Shown one piece after another: positions 22,024 to 35,328 of a DNA stretch of 64,000 bases. Every line of letters begins with the position of its first letter. Positions within the stretch are counted from its first letter, which is position 1. This DNA comes from an uncultured Deinococcaceae bacterium (GTDB taxonomy: Bacteria; Deinococcota; Deinococci; Deinococcales; Deinococcaceae), in NCBI GenBank assembly GCA_964252075.1, contig CAXULY010000008.1, positions 64,001-128,000 on the forward strand, read 5' to 3'. A program made the translations under genes and the position numbers. The notes below the pieces were generated by a model. It did no database searches, was not told the DNA's origin, and saw nothing but the letters and a program-made list of their open reading frames with translations.

Positions 22024-22731
22024 TCAGACCGCGCCGACCTCCAGCCCGCTGAGCCAACGGGCGATGTGCGGCACCAGCGGCGTGATCGGCACCGCCGCCA
22101 GCGGGTGCGCGTACCCAGGAAAGATCAGGGTGTGCGCGTGGGGCAGCAGGCGCCCGAGCAGCGCGGTCTCCTGCGCGGGCACCACCTGATCCGTCTGACC
22201 GGAAATCACCAGCGCGGGCGCCTGAATGGCGCGCAGGTCCGCCTCCGTGAGGGGCGGGCGGGCGCCCAGCCCGCGGAACATCGCCTGGTTCGCGAGGATC
22301 ACCGCGCGCCAGTCCTGCGGCTGGTGCAGTTCCAGCAGCGCCGCGTGGCGCGGGTTGCCGGGGCGCGCCACCCGCTCCGGGTCCGTGAGGTGCGTCAGGT
22401 GCTGCACCGCGCGCTCGTCGAAGATGTATTTCGTGGCGAGCGTCAGAACGCCCGCCACGCGCTCCGGGTGGTGCCGCGCGAGGAACAGCGCGACAACGCC
22501 GCCCAGGCTGTACCCACCCACCACGGCGCGCTCGATGCCCGCCGCGTCCAACACCCCGATCAGGTCCTCGGCGGCGCCCTGCACCGTGAGGGCGTCCGGG
22601 AGGGGGCGCCCGGCGTGACCGGGCAGGTCTGGGGTGAGCACCTGCACGTGCGCGCGCAGCGGCTCCGCGAGCGGCGCCATCTCGCGCCCGGCGCTGTTCG
22701 CCCCGTGGATGAGCAGGAAGGGATGCGGCAT
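22024..22731 (-). CDS. Alpha/beta fold hydrolase
   Basis: LIHG, DLPGH, GYSLGG nucleophile, G.TD.VVP, H. Confidence 0.9.
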   Translation of the reverse strand: MPHPFLLIHGANSAGREMAPLAEPLRAHVQVLTPDLPGHAGRPLPDALTVQGAAEDLIGVLDAAGIERAVVGGYSLGGVVALFLARHHPERVAGVLTLATKYIFDERAVQHLTHLTDPERVARPGNPRHAALLELHQPQDWRAVILANQAMFRGLGARPPLTEADLRAIQAPALVISGQTDQVVPAQETALLGRLLPHAHTLIFPGYAHPLAAVPITPLVPHIARWLSGLEVGAV

Positions 22732-22800
22732 CAGGCGCGCCCCGCGCCAGGCATGTGGGTCATCACGGTCACCCAGCATACCGGGCGCATGAAGGCCCCG

Positions 22801-23699
<899 letters not shown>

Positions 23700-23703
<4 letters not shown>

Positions 23704-24488
23704 GGCTGCACCTTCACGGCCGCCTCAAGTTCCTCCTCGGCGCGCTCCAGCAGCGTGAGGAGCGCCAGCGCGGACGCCGGGCGGCGCGCCGGGTCGCGCG
23801 AGAGGCCCGCCCGCAGGGCCGGGTACAGGGGGGGGTAGGGTGGCAGCTCCACCTTCTCCTGGCTGCGCCCGATCAGCCACGAGAGGGCGTCCGGGTGCGG
23901 CAGGGCGCCCGTCAGGCACTCGAACAGAATCACGCTGATGGCGTACACGTCGCTGCGCGCGTCATTGCGCACGCCCTCGAACTGCTCGGGCGCCATGTAC
24001 TGCGGGGTGCCCATGCGCTCCCCCAGGCCCGTGATGCGCGGCAGGTCCCGGTCGTGGGACAGCCCGAAGTCCGCGACGCGCACGCGGTCGTCCTCCAGCA
24101 GCACGTTCTCCGGCTTGAGGTCCAGGTGCGTGATGCCGCGCAGGTGCGCGTACGCCACGGCGCTCAGGATGCCGCGCGTCACGCCCGTCGCCTCCTGCAC
24201 CGTCATGACGCCCCGCGTGAGGCGCGCGCGCAGGCTCTCGCCCGGCACGAAGCGGTAGATCAGCTGTGTGCGCGTGTGCGCGAGGAGCGGCACGATGTTC
24301 GGGTGCGAGAGCTGCGCGGCGATCTCGCCCTCCCGGTGGAAGCGCCCGGCGGTCTCCGGCATGTCGGAGGTGAGGGTCTTCACGAACACCTCGCAACCCG
24401 CCCAGCGCGCGCGCTCAATGCGGATGCCGAAGCGCTCGGAGTACACTTCGAGGCTCTGCAGGCGCTCCGGGGCAGGACGCTTCGTCAC
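23700..24488 (-). CDS. Hanks-type Ser/Thr protein kinase (cytoplasmic, catalytic domain only)
   Basis: VFVK, RFHREG, HLDLKPENV, DFG, GTPQYMAPE, SDVY; TATCAT 6 nt before GTG 24488; stop overlaps the holA start. Confidence 0.92.
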
Positions 24489-24570
24489 GCCCTCATGATA
24501 GCCACGCTCGCCCACCGAGTTTCCCGATGCGGCCACGCTGCCCGCCGGGCGCAGGCGCTAGCCTGAACGC

Positions 24571-25611
24571 ATGAGCCTGCTGGAACGCCCCCGCCGCCTG
24601 CGCCACACGGCCAGCCTGCGCGCCCTCACGCGCGAAACCACGCTCGCCCCAGAGAACCTCATCCTGCCCATCTTCGTGCACGAGCGCGCGGGCACCAGCG
24701 AGATCAGCTCCATGCCGGGCGTGCTGCGCCACGACCTGCCGAGCGCCGTGGCGCTCGCGCAGGACGCGTTCGCGGCGGGCATCCCGGCCGTCATCCTGTT
24801 CGGCATTCCGGACCACAAGGACGACGAGGCGAGCGGCGCGTACGCCGAGGGCGGCGTCGTGCAGGGCGCCGCGACGGCCATCAAGGCGGCCTGCCCGGAC
24901 CTCACGGTCATCGCGGACACCTGCCTGTGCGAGTACAGCGCGCACGGCCACTGCGGCCCCCTGCGGCCCGACGGGCGCGGAGGCTACCACATCGACAACG
25001 ACGGCGCGCTCGACCTGCTCGCGCGCACCGCCGTGTCCCAGGCGCGTGCGGGCGCGGACGTGGTGGCGCCCAGCGCCATGATGGACGGTCAGGTGGGCGC
25101 CATTCGCGCGGCGCTCGACGCGGCGGGCTTCACGCACGTGCCCGTCATGAGTTACGCCGTGAAGTACGCGAGCGGCTACTACGGCCCCTTCCGGGACGCG
25201 GCGGGCAGCGCACCGAGCTTCGGGGACCGCTCCACGTACCAGATGGACCCTGCGGGCGGCTACCGTGAGGCGCTGCGCGAGGCGCGCCTCGACGTGGAGC
25301 AGGGCGCGGACTTCCTGATGGTGAAGCCCGCCCTGGCGTACCTGGACGTGCTGCGCCTGCTGCGCGACACCTTCGACCTGCCGCTCGTCACGTACAACGT
25401 CTCGGGCGAGTACGCGCTCGTGAAGGCGGCGGCGGCGGCGGGCGTCATTGACGAACGCCGCGTGGTGATCGAGACCCTCACCGCCATGCGCCGCGCAGGC
25501 GCGGACAGCATCATGACGTACCACGCGCTGGATGTGGCGCGCTGGCACCGCGAGGCGCAGGGGGCGGCCCGCGCGCTGGTGACGCCCGCCCTTGCGCCCG
25601 CGGACGACTGA
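24571..25611 (+). CDS. hemB: Porphobilinogen synthase (ALA dehydratase), Zn-binding type
   Basis: [45 protein letters not shown]. Confidence 0.98.
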   Translation: MSLLERPRRLRHTASLRALTRETTLAPENLILPIFVHERAGTSEISSMPGVLRHDLPSAVALAQDAFAAGIPAVILFGIPDHKDDEASGAYAEGGVVQGAATAIKAACPDLTVIADTCLCEYSAHGHCGPLRPDGRGGYHIDNDGALDLLARTAVSQARAGADVVAPSAMMDGQVGAIRAALDAAGFTHVPVMSYAVKYASGYYGPFRDAAGSAPSFGDRSTYQMDPAGGYREALREARLDVEQGADFLMVKPALAYLDVLRLLRDTFDLPLVTYNVSGEYALVKAAAAAGVIDERRVVIETLTAMRRAGADSIMTYHALDVARWHREAQGAARALVTPALAPADD

Positions 25612-25660
25612 CCACCCGGCGGCACACGCGGGCATCACCGCGCGCGGGTAGCATCGGCGC

Positions 25661-25957
25661 ATGATCACCGTCGCGAACCGCATCCCCGTGAACCCGGACT
25701 TCCACGAGGCCTTCGAAGCGCGTTTCAGGGAGCGCGCGGGCCTCGTGGACGGCATGCCGGGCTTCGTGTCGCACCAGGTGCTGCGCCCCACGAAATCCGG
25801 CGACCCGTACGTCGTCTTGACCTTCTGGGAGGACCGCGAGGCCTTCGAGGCCTGGACGGCCTCCGACGCCTTCCGGCAGGGGCACGCGCGTGGCGGCGGC
25901 CTGCCGAGAGAGGCGTACAGCGGCCCCGCCGCGCTGGAAATCCATGAGGTGATCTGA
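25661..25957 (+). CDS. ABM-domain monooxygenase, IsdG/HmoA-like heme-degrading candidate
   Basis: N6, W65 and H75; MPGF; TFWEDREAFEAW. Confidence 0.85.
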   Translation: MITVANRIPVNPDFHEAFEARFRERAGLVDGMPGFVSHQVLRPTKSGDPYVVLTFWEDREAFEAWTASDAFRQGHARGGGLPREAYSGPAALEIHEVI

Positions 25958-26163
25958 CCCCGATTCCCGTAAAACGCGGGTGGGCCCGGCGCTCCTACTC
26001 ACTTCACCGTGCCCGCTCCCCCGGCGCTGCAGGCCGGGTGAGGTTCGTCCCGCGTCCCGCCCCTGCGCGGGCGCGGCGTGGGTGAAGCGCGAACGCCACT
26101 TCATGCGACTCTGGCCGTCCCTCACCCGGCGCGCGGCAAGCTGAGGCGACGAAGGGAGCACCC

Positions 26164-26406
26164 ATGACGCACCACAAGGACAAGTCACGCTCCATCCCCG
26201 AAGACAACGGCGGGGTGGGTCACCAGGGCAACGTCGAGACCGAACGGGACGCGCAACTGCACCACCTGCGCGAAGCGGACGAACGCGACGGCGGCGCCAT
26301 TCCCTCCGAGGCGGGCAACGACTTCACCTTCCCCGACGAGAACGAAACGCTGGGCCGCAAGCCCGGCGATGACCTGCCCGGCGAACCGAACGACGACCGC
26401 CGCTGA
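26164..26406 (+). CDS. Small acidic hydrophilic hypothetical protein
   Basis: AAGGGAG RBS; D/E/G-rich 80 aa; followed by a terminator. Confidence 0.7.
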   Translation: MTHHKDKSRSIPEDNGGVGHQGNVETERDAQLHHLREADERDGGAIPSEAGNDFTFPDENETLGRKPGDDLPGEPNDDRR

Positions 26407-26420
26407 GCCCGGCAAGCGAT

Positions 26421-26450
26421 CAGGGGAGCGCCGGGCCCGGCGCTCCCCCT
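26421..26450. terminator. Perfect 30-bp palindrome between convergent genes
   Basis: CAGGGGAGCGCCGGG|CCCGGCGCTCCCCTG. Confidence 0.75.
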
Positions 26451-26460
26451 GTCCTGCGCT

Positions 26461-26904
26461 TCACTCCGGCGGGTACGGCCGCGCGAAGCTGAAGGCGTGC
26501 GGGCCCGGCCCGTGCGCGCGCAGGTGCGTGAGGCGCGCCCACGCCTCCCGCGTGTCCGGCACGTGGCCCGCCGGCACCCACCACAGCGCCGTGATGACCT
26601 CCCGCATCGACTCGAACCACTGCTTGCGCTGCCGCAGGAGGTCCAGGTGCGCGCTGCGGTACACGTAATCCCGCAGGGCGCTCAGGTCCTGCCATAGCGA
26701 CATGTTCACCAGGATGCTGTCGTCCTCGAAGGGCCGCAGGTCCGTGGCGTTGCCCTCCTCGCCCTGCAGGCGCCACACGAAGCCCGGCCAGCCGTCCGCG
26801 AGCGCGTTGATCTCATCGAGGCGCGACGCGAAGCCCCGCATGACCTCACCGTCCATGGGTCCCAGGATCCGACCGACGTTCACCTGCGCGAGGTGGTGAA
26901 GCAT
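26461..26904 (-). CDS. DUF3291 family protein
   Basis: HLAQVNVG, INALAD..PGFVWRL, NMSLW, YRSAH, LWWVPAGH.P, GP...AFSF. Confidence 0.88.
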   Translation of the reverse strand: MLHHLAQVNVGRILGPMDGEVMRGFASRLDEINALADGWPGFVWRLQGEEGNATDLRPFEDDSILVNMSLWQDLSALRDYVYRSAHLDLLRQRKQWFESMREVITALWWVPAGHVPDTREAWARLTHLRAHGPGPHAFSFARPYPPE

Positions 26905-26969
26905 ACGTCATCGTGACACGCGCCCGCTCTCAGCGTGCGGCCACCCGCCCGGCGTACGCTGAGGGCATC

Positions 26970-27431
26970 ATGCGACACGTTCCCTGCCTGCTGCTGGCCG
27001 CCACCCTGCTCGCCGCCTGCGCGCCCGGCGCGGGCAGCCCCGACCGCCTGGGGCGCATCGTGAACGTCACGAGTGGCGCCGAGGGCCGCCTCACGCTCGG
27101 CGGGGGCGGCGTGGTGGGCGGCCAGGGCCGCGCCACCATCGCCTTCGGGCAGGACGTGTACTACGGCGAGTACAACGTCCTCGCGCCCGGCGGGCAGAGC
27201 GGCGTCGTGCTGGGCGCGGGCATCGCCTTCGGCACGCGCGACCCCTTCTTCGACACGAACCCCTGGCCGCAGGCGTACAGCGTGCGCGACAGCGGCCCCC
27301 GCACGGGCTCCATCATCGTGAAGAGCGGCAGCGGCGCCGTCATCAGCTGCACCATGACGGTGGACCGCCAGAGTCACGGCAACGGCACCTGCGAGGACGG
27401 CGCGGGTAACAACTACGCCTTCCAGTTCTGA
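26970..27431 (+). CDS. Hypothetical lipoprotein
   Basis: Lipobox LLAAC; C-terminal ISC...GNGTCED...YAFQF. Confidence 0.8.
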   Translation: MRHVPCLLLAATLLAACAPGAGSPDRLGRIVNVTSGAEGRLTLGGGGVVGGQGRATIAFGQDVYYGEYNVLAPGGQSGVVLGAGIAFGTRDPFFDTNPWPQAYSVRDSGPRTGSIIVKSGSGAVISCTMTVDRQSHGNGTCEDGAGNNYAFQF

Positions 27432-27432
27432 A

Positions 27433-27464
27433 AGAAGAGGGCGGCCTTCTGGCCGCCCTCTTCT
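27433..27464. terminator. Bidirectional terminator downstream of sdhB
   Basis: AGAAGAGGGCGGCC-ttct-GGCCGCCCTCTTCT. Confidence 0.8.
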
Positions 27465-27476
27465 CGCGCTGATCGC

Positions 27477-28184
<708 letters not shown>

Positions 28185-28296
28185 TCAGTGGTCCTCGTAT
28201 TCGTGGTGTGGTGCCTTGTGGCCGTTCTGAAACCCACCCAGCATAGGGTGCCGGGCGGGCCTCCAGGGTCGGCGGGGCACCTTTGCCCCGGGGCGC

Positions 28297-30036
<1,740 letters not shown>

Positions 30037-30092
30037 GCCTGTAACCTCTCATGAATGCCCGTATGGGCCCGTAGTCTGGGCCATAAAGGCCA

Positions 30093-30473
<381 letters not shown>

Positions 30474-30830
30474 TTACCTGCCCTCCAGAACGCGCGGCAG
30501 CACCATGTACGCTGCGTACGCGATGCCCAGCACCGTGAGGACCAGCGTGGCGTACCACAGCTGCCGCTGGTACGCGATGCCTTTGCCGGTGAAGTCCATC
30601 ACCACGATGCGCAGGCCGTTGAGCGAGTGGTACAGCACGCCGCCCGTCACCGCGATGAGGCCGACGCGAAACAACCAGAAGTCGTACATGTTGTGCAACG
30701 CCCGGTATGGGCTCTCCCCGAACACGAACAGCGAGATGCTGATGACGTGCAGGAGCAGGTACAGCAGGATCGCCAGACCTGACAGGCGGTGCAGCACAAA
30801 GGCCCACTGGCCTTCTCTGCCTCGGTACAT
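30474..30830 (-). CDS. sdhC: Succinate dehydrogenase cytochrome b556 subunit
   Basis: LHRLSG, HSLNGLRI..MD; operon position. Confidence 0.93.
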   Translation of the reverse strand: MYRGREGQWAFVLHRLSGLAILLYLLLHVISISLFVFGESPYRALHNMYDFWLFRVGLIAVTGGVLYHSLNGLRIVVMDFTGKGIAYQRQLWYATLVLTVLGIAYAAYMVLPRVLEGR

Positions 30831-31007
30831 TCCGTTCCCTCCTTCAGCGTACCGCGCGCCCCACTTCGGGCCGCGCAGCCAACACCACCCAGAATACCAC
30901 CCGGACGGCGCTGAGCCGCGTCCCAGGACACCTTGATGGGCCCCTCACGGTGTGCTGGGCGACATACCAGGCCTCGCGCATTTTTTGCGCGCTGGGCGGC
31001 GAAAAAC

Positions 31008-31035
31008 TTGCGCTTTTTCACAGAGGCGCTATACT
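31008..31035 (+). promoter_or_regulatory. Sigma70-type promoter of the speD-like gene
   Basis: TTGCGC-16 nt-TATACT; AGGAGG RBS at about 31080. Confidence 0.6.
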
Positions 31036-31089
31036 GCTGGTCCATGCGCCGCGTCGGGCGAGCGTCCGCAGGCGTGGACAGGAGGCACG

Positions 31090-31530
31090 ATGGAACTCTT
31101 CGGTTTCGGCCCGCACCTCGTGGTGGACGGGCACCACGCCAGCCCCGAGAAGCTCGACGACGAGGTGCTGCTGGCCCGCGCCCTGTCCGAACTGCCCAGC
31201 GTGCTCTCCATGACCGTGGTCGTGCCGCCCCGCGTGGAGCGCGTGTATGGCAGCAGCACCGACGACGCGGGCCTCACGGGCGTGGTGCTCGTCGCGGAAT
31301 CGCACGTCGCGATTCACACCTTCCCCTCGCGCGGCTTCATGAGCGTGGACGTGTTCTCCTGCCGGGAGTTCGACGTGCAGCGCGCCGTGAGTTACCTCGT
31401 GGAGCACTTCGACCTGGGCCGCTTCGAGACGCACTTCAACAACCGCGGCAAGGAGTTCCCGAAGGACCCGGAACTGGTGGGCCGCATCGTGCGCGGTGAG
31501 CGCGAGTACCTTGAAGCGCGCATCGCCTGA
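31090..31530 (+). CDS. speD: Pyruvoyl-dependent S-adenosylmethionine decarboxylase proenzyme family protein
   Basis: GLTGVVLVAESHVAIHTFP (E|SH self-cleavage site), DVFSC. Confidence 0.88.
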   Translation: MELFGFGPHLVVDGHHASPEKLDDEVLLARALSELPSVLSMTVVVPPRVERVYGSSTDDAGLTGVVLVAESHVAIHTFPSRGFMSVDVFSCREFDVQRAVSYLVEHFDLGRFETHFNNRGKEFPKDPELVGRIVRGEREYLEARIA

Positions 31531-31540
31531 CCGAACACGC

Positions 31541-31574
31541 AAGGGGGGCGGGGCCAGATGGCCCCGCCCCCCTT
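31541..31574. terminator. Bidirectional terminator
   Basis: AAGGGGGGCGGGGCC-agat-GGCCCCGCCCCCCTT, a 15-bp stem. Confidence 0.8.
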
Positions 31575-31579
31575 CTCGC

Positions 31580-31717
31580 TCAGCGGTGCGGCTGCGTCCG
31601 CTCGGGCGGGTCGCTCGCGGGGAAGCTCTCCTCCAGCGACTCGTCGAGGGCGTCCTCGCCGCGCGCCTCACGGTCATCCGGCGTGCTCGGCTCGTGGCGG
31701 TCGTCTCCTGTGGTCAC
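31580..31717 (-). CDS. 45-aa small acidic protein with an EESFPASDPP motif
   Basis: Below the ORF-track cut-off. AGGAGG RBS, GTG start, MTTGDDRHEPSTPDDREARGEDALDESLEESFPASDPPERTQPHR, ending just before the terminator. Confidence 0.78.
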   Translation of the reverse strand: MTTGDDRHEPSTPDDREARGEDALDESLEESFPASDPPERTQPHR

Positions 31718-31755
31718 GCTGCACCTCCTGCCGCGAGCATACACGCCCGCGCGCC

Positions 31756-32877
31756 TCACGGGCCGAGGCGCAGCACGCTCTGGTTGCCGCGCAGCATGAG
31801 CAGCCGCACCCCGGCGTCCATCAGGGCGCTCTGCATGCGCTCCAGCGCCCGCACGTCGTCGGGCGGCGCGCCGTGCAGCGGGCGGCCCGTCTCGCCCGGC
31901 TCCAGGTAAAAGCCCTCCGGCAGCAGCACCAGCAGCGCGCGCGCCGCGCCCGCCCGCGCCCGGATCAGGGCGTCCACCAGCCCAGGGCTGGCGTGCTGCG
32001 CGATCACGATCAGGTTGCTGCCCGTGCGCGGCGTCGGGATGAACGCCGCCTCGCCGGGGCGCGGCTGCACCTCCGCCAGCGCCCGCAGGGCCAGCCGCAT
32101 GACTTCCGGCGTGCGTCCCGTCGGCGTCGCGCCCGCCGCCGTGCTGACACTCACCGGCAGGTCCAGCGCCGCGGCCTCCTGCACGAGGCTCGACGCGAGC
32201 CGCACGGCGCTCTCCACGAACACGCCCGCGCCGTTCAGGTCGAGGTGCACCGCGACGCTGCTGGCCGCCGTGCGCTCCAGCTCCCGCACCATGAGGTCCC
32301 CCGTGCGCGCCGAGAGGCGCCAGTGCACGCGCCCCGGCGGGTCGCCCGGCACGTACGGGCGCGCGCCGCGCAGGCTGATGGGGTCCTCCAGGCCCAGCGT
32401 GCGGCTCAGCTGCCCCTCGCTCAGCAGGGGCCGCAGCAGGTCCGGGAGGCGCAGGCCGTGCGTGCCCGGGTACACCTCGATGTGCGTGGGCACGTTCAGG
32501 CTCATGCGGTGCCAGAACAACCCGAAGGGGTCCGCCCAGCGCAGCGTCGCGCCCGGAAACGTGAACACCCCCCGGCGGTTGAAGTCCGCCTCCGTCACCA
32601 CCGAGAAGGTCGCCTCACCCAGCACCAGCCCCCCGACATCCGTGATGGCGTCCGGCACCACCCCGCGCGGCGCGGGGTCCTCCAGCCGCACGCGCAGCGG
32701 CCAGCGCGCGCGCACCGTCACGCGCACCACCAGCGGCCCCCGCTGGCCCGCGAAGGCCTGTGCCTGCAGCTCCCGCACCAGCGTCACCTCCGGTGGGCGG
32801 CGCGCGCTCCACCACGCCAGCAGCACCAGCAGCGCGGGCAGCAGCAGCCACAGCAGCTCGCGCAGCGCGCCACTCAC
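31756..32877 (-). CDS. DUF58 domain protein
   Basis: RRGVF, DPFGLF, VYP, RPYVPGDPPGRVHWRLSARTGDLMVRE; GTGA overlap with moxR. Confidence 0.9.
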   Translation of the reverse strand: MSGALRELLWLLLPALLVLLAWWSARRPPEVTLVRELQAQAFAGQRGPLVVRVTVRARWPLRVRLEDPAPRGVVPDAITDVGGLVLGEATFSVVTEADFNRRGVFTFPGATLRWADPFGLFWHRMSLNVPTHIEVYPGTHGLRLPDLLRPLLSEGQLSRTLGLEDPISLRGARPYVPGDPPGRVHWRLSARTGDLMVRELERTAASSVAVHLDLNGAGVFVESAVRLASSLVQEAAALDLPVSVSTAAGATPTGRTPEVMRLALRALAEVQPRPGEAAFIPTPRTGSNLIVIAQHASPGLVDALIRARAGAARALLVLLPEGFYLEPGETGRPLHGAPPDDVRALERMQSALMDAGVRLLMLRGNQSVLRLGP

Positions 32878-33818
32878 GCGGGCGGACCGGCCACAGGCTC
32901 GGCGGGCACGGGCTCGGCGGCCAGCAGCTCCCGCACCACGTTCCCCTCGCCCACGCCGCGCAATCTGGCCTCCGTGCGCAGCAGCAGGCGGTGCCCCAGC
33001 ACGCCCGGCGCCGCGCGCTTCACGTCGTCCGGGCGCACGAACGCGCGCCCCTCCGTCCACGCGAGCGCCTGCGCCACCGCCTGCAGCGCGAGGCTCGCGC
33101 GCGGCCCCGCCCCCAGCGCCAGCGCCTCGTGCTCCCGGCTGCGCCGCGTGAGGCCCACCACGTACGCCCGCAGGGCGTCCGAGATGTGCACCGCCCGCAC
33201 CGCCGCGCGCGCCGCGAGCAGCTCCCGCGCGTCACTCACGGCCCCCAGCGCATCGATGGGGTGCTCGCCCTGCAGGAGCGCCAGCATGCGCGCCTCATCC
33301 TGCGCGTCCGGGTACCCGACCGAGAGCTTCAGCAGGAAGCGGTCCAGCTGCGCTTCCGGCAGGCGGTACGTGCCCTCGAACTCGATGGGGTTCTGCGTGG
33401 CGATCACCACGAACGGCGGCGCGAGGCGGTGCGTCACGCCGCTCTCCGTCACCTGCCCCTCCGCCATGGCCTCCAAGAGCGCGCTCTGCGTCTTCGGCGT
33501 CGCGCGGTTGATCTCGTCCGCCAGCAGGATGCCCGTGAAGATCGGGCCAGGCATGAACTCAAAGGTGCCGTCCCGGTACACGCTCACGCCCGTCACGTCG
33601 CTCGGCAGGAGGTCCGGCGTGAACTGCACGCGCCGGAAGGTCAGGCCCAGACTCGCCGCGAGGGCGCGCGCCAGCATGGTCTTCCCGGTGCCGGGCGCGT
33701 CCTCCAGCAGGATGTGCCCGCCCGCCAGGATGCCCGCCAGGGCGAGGCGCGCCACCTCCTCCTTGCCGACCAGGGCGCGAGAGACATTCGAGAGGACGCG
33801 AGCAGTGAGGTCGTTCAT
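32874..33818 (-). CDS. MoxR family AAA+ ATPase
   Basis: LLEDAPGTGKT, RVQFTPDLLPSD, DEINRA, ATQNP, LPEAQLDRF. Confidence 0.96.
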   Translation of the reverse strand: MNDLTARVLSNVSRALVGKEEVARLALAGILAGGHILLEDAPGTGKTMLARALAASLGLTFRRVQFTPDLLPSDVTGVSVYRDGTFEFMPGPIFTGILLADEINRATPKTQSALLEAMAEGQVTESGVTHRLAPPFVVIATQNPIEFEGTYRLPEAQLDRFLLKLSVGYPDAQDEARMLALLQGEHPIDALGAVSDARELLAARAAVRAVHISDALRAYVVGLTRRSREHEALALGAGPRASLALQAVAQALAWTEGRAFVRPDDVKRAAPGVLGHRLLLRTEARLRGVGEGNVVRELLAAEPVPAEPVAGPPA

Positions 33819-35215
33819 GCCTTCCTTTCAGGGGCGTCGCCCGCCAGTGCGGCGCGCACGCGCGCGAGGGCCCGTTCGGCGGCCTGCGCGCCCGACTCGT
33901 CCGTCTGCGCGCCGTAGCGCACCGGTTCGTACAGGGACGTGATGAGGTCCGAGTCATTCAGGAGGTCCGGCCTCACCGCGCGCAGGCGAGCCAGGAACTC
34001 CTGCGGCGTCTCCGTCTCCGCCCGCACGAGGCCGACGCCCGCGAGCAGCGCCAGCCACTCCCGGTACGCACGCCGCACGCGGTGCTCCGCTGACGCCACG
34101 GTCGGCGCGGCCTCCGCCCGCGGCGTCAGCGCGCCCGTCCCGCCGCGCCCGCGCTGACGCCACAGCAGCACCACGCCCGCCAGCACCAGCACCACGAACA
34201 GCGCCAGACTCCCCACCGCCAACCAGCCCACGGCGGACAGAATCTGGCGCTTGGTGTGCTCGGGCAGCAGGCGCGACAGCTGATCCATCACGGCGGTCAG
34301 CAGGCTGGTCGCCGGCCGGGCCCCGTCCGCGCCCACTCCGGACGGGAGCCCGCCCGCCCCGCGCAACCCGAAGTACAGCAGGATCATGAAGAGGCCCACC
34401 AGGATGGCGGCCAGCATCACGAACTCATGCAGCCGCAGCGGCTCCTCACCGCGCCGCTTGCGCTCGCGCAGCATCATCACCACCGTGACCAGCATGAGCA
34501 CCGCCATCAGGGGCAGCGCGAACGGCATCAGCCGCTCCAGCACCACCAGGCTCAGAATCTGGTCCGATGGGTTCACGGGAGCCGCAGCCTGCCCGGTCGC
34601 CGGAGCGGCGCCCAGGCTGGGGCGCACGTTGGGCGCGCCCTGCGGCACGCGGCTGGTGGTCGCCGCCTCCGGCGCGGCGGGCCGCCGCCCGACCGATGGA
34701 GCCTGCGGGAGCGCCAGCGACACCAGCGCGAGCACCGCGACTCCCCCCGCGAGCCACAGCCACACGCGCCGCGTCGTCTGCACCTGCAGGCCCCGCTGCG
34801 CGACGTGCGCGCGCAGCAGCGCCGCCCCCACCAGACCGACCAGCGCGAGCGGCGTGGGCGCCAGCGCGAACGCCACCACGAGCGCCACGAGGCCCACCCA
34901 CGCTCCCTGGTCATCCAGCTGCGCGAGGGACAGCGCCGCCGCGAGGCCCGCCAGCGCCACCTGCGCGTACACCGCGGACGCGCCCAGCAGGTCCGGCACC
35001 AGCCGCCCCACGGGCAGCAGCGCCAGCAGCACCGCCGGTGCGAACACCGTGATGCGCCTGCGCGGCTCCAGCGCCCACCAGCCCATCACCACCGCCCACA
35101 CCGGCACCATCCACAGGGGCGCGTGGCCCGACACGGCGCACGCGGCGAGCAGGGCCCCCAGCGGCGCCACCCACGCGGTGCCCGGACGGGCGGCCTGCGG
35201 CACGGGAAATGACAT
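33815..35215 (-). CDS. Multi-TM membrane protein with C-terminal DUF4129-like domain
   Basis: Hydrophobic N-terminus; VRRAY...R..ETPQEF...LYEPVRYG. Confidence 0.82.
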   Translation of the reverse strand: MSFPVPQAARPGTAWVAPLGALLAACAVSGHAPLWMVPVWAVVMGWWALEPRRRITVFAPAVLLALLPVGRLVPDLLGASAVYAQVALAGLAAALSLAQLDDQGAWVGLVALVVAFALAPTPLALVGLVGAALLRAHVAQRGLQVQTTRRVWLWLAGGVAVLALVSLALPQAPSVGRRPAAPEAATTSRVPQGAPNVRPSLGAAPATGQAAAPVNPSDQILSLVVLERLMPFALPLMAVLMLVTVVMMLRERKRRGEEPLRLHEFVMLAAILVGLFMILLYFGLRGAGGLPSGVGADGARPATSLLTAVMDQLSRLLPEHTKRQILSAVGWLAVGSLALFVVLVLAGVVLLWRQRGRGGTGALTPRAEAAPTVASAEHRVRRAYREWLALLAGVGLVRAETETPQEFLARLRAVRPDLLNDSDLITSLYEPVRYGAQTDESGAQAAERALARVRAALAGDAPERKA

Positions 35216-35328
35216 TCCCCGCAGCATAAACCGCTCGTTTTGATGGCGGGTCAGTGGCGCATGCTGTTTCCCTGAAAGTGACAGGCCCAGGCGACCGCTG
35301 CGACGTTCAGCGGACGCCACGGTTGGCG

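Noticed and set aside
28185..28296. 112-nt gap between sdhA and sdhB, and an imperfect hairpin between sdhD and sdhA
   Set aside because: Only short weak hairpins; best explained as ordinary intra-operon spacers.
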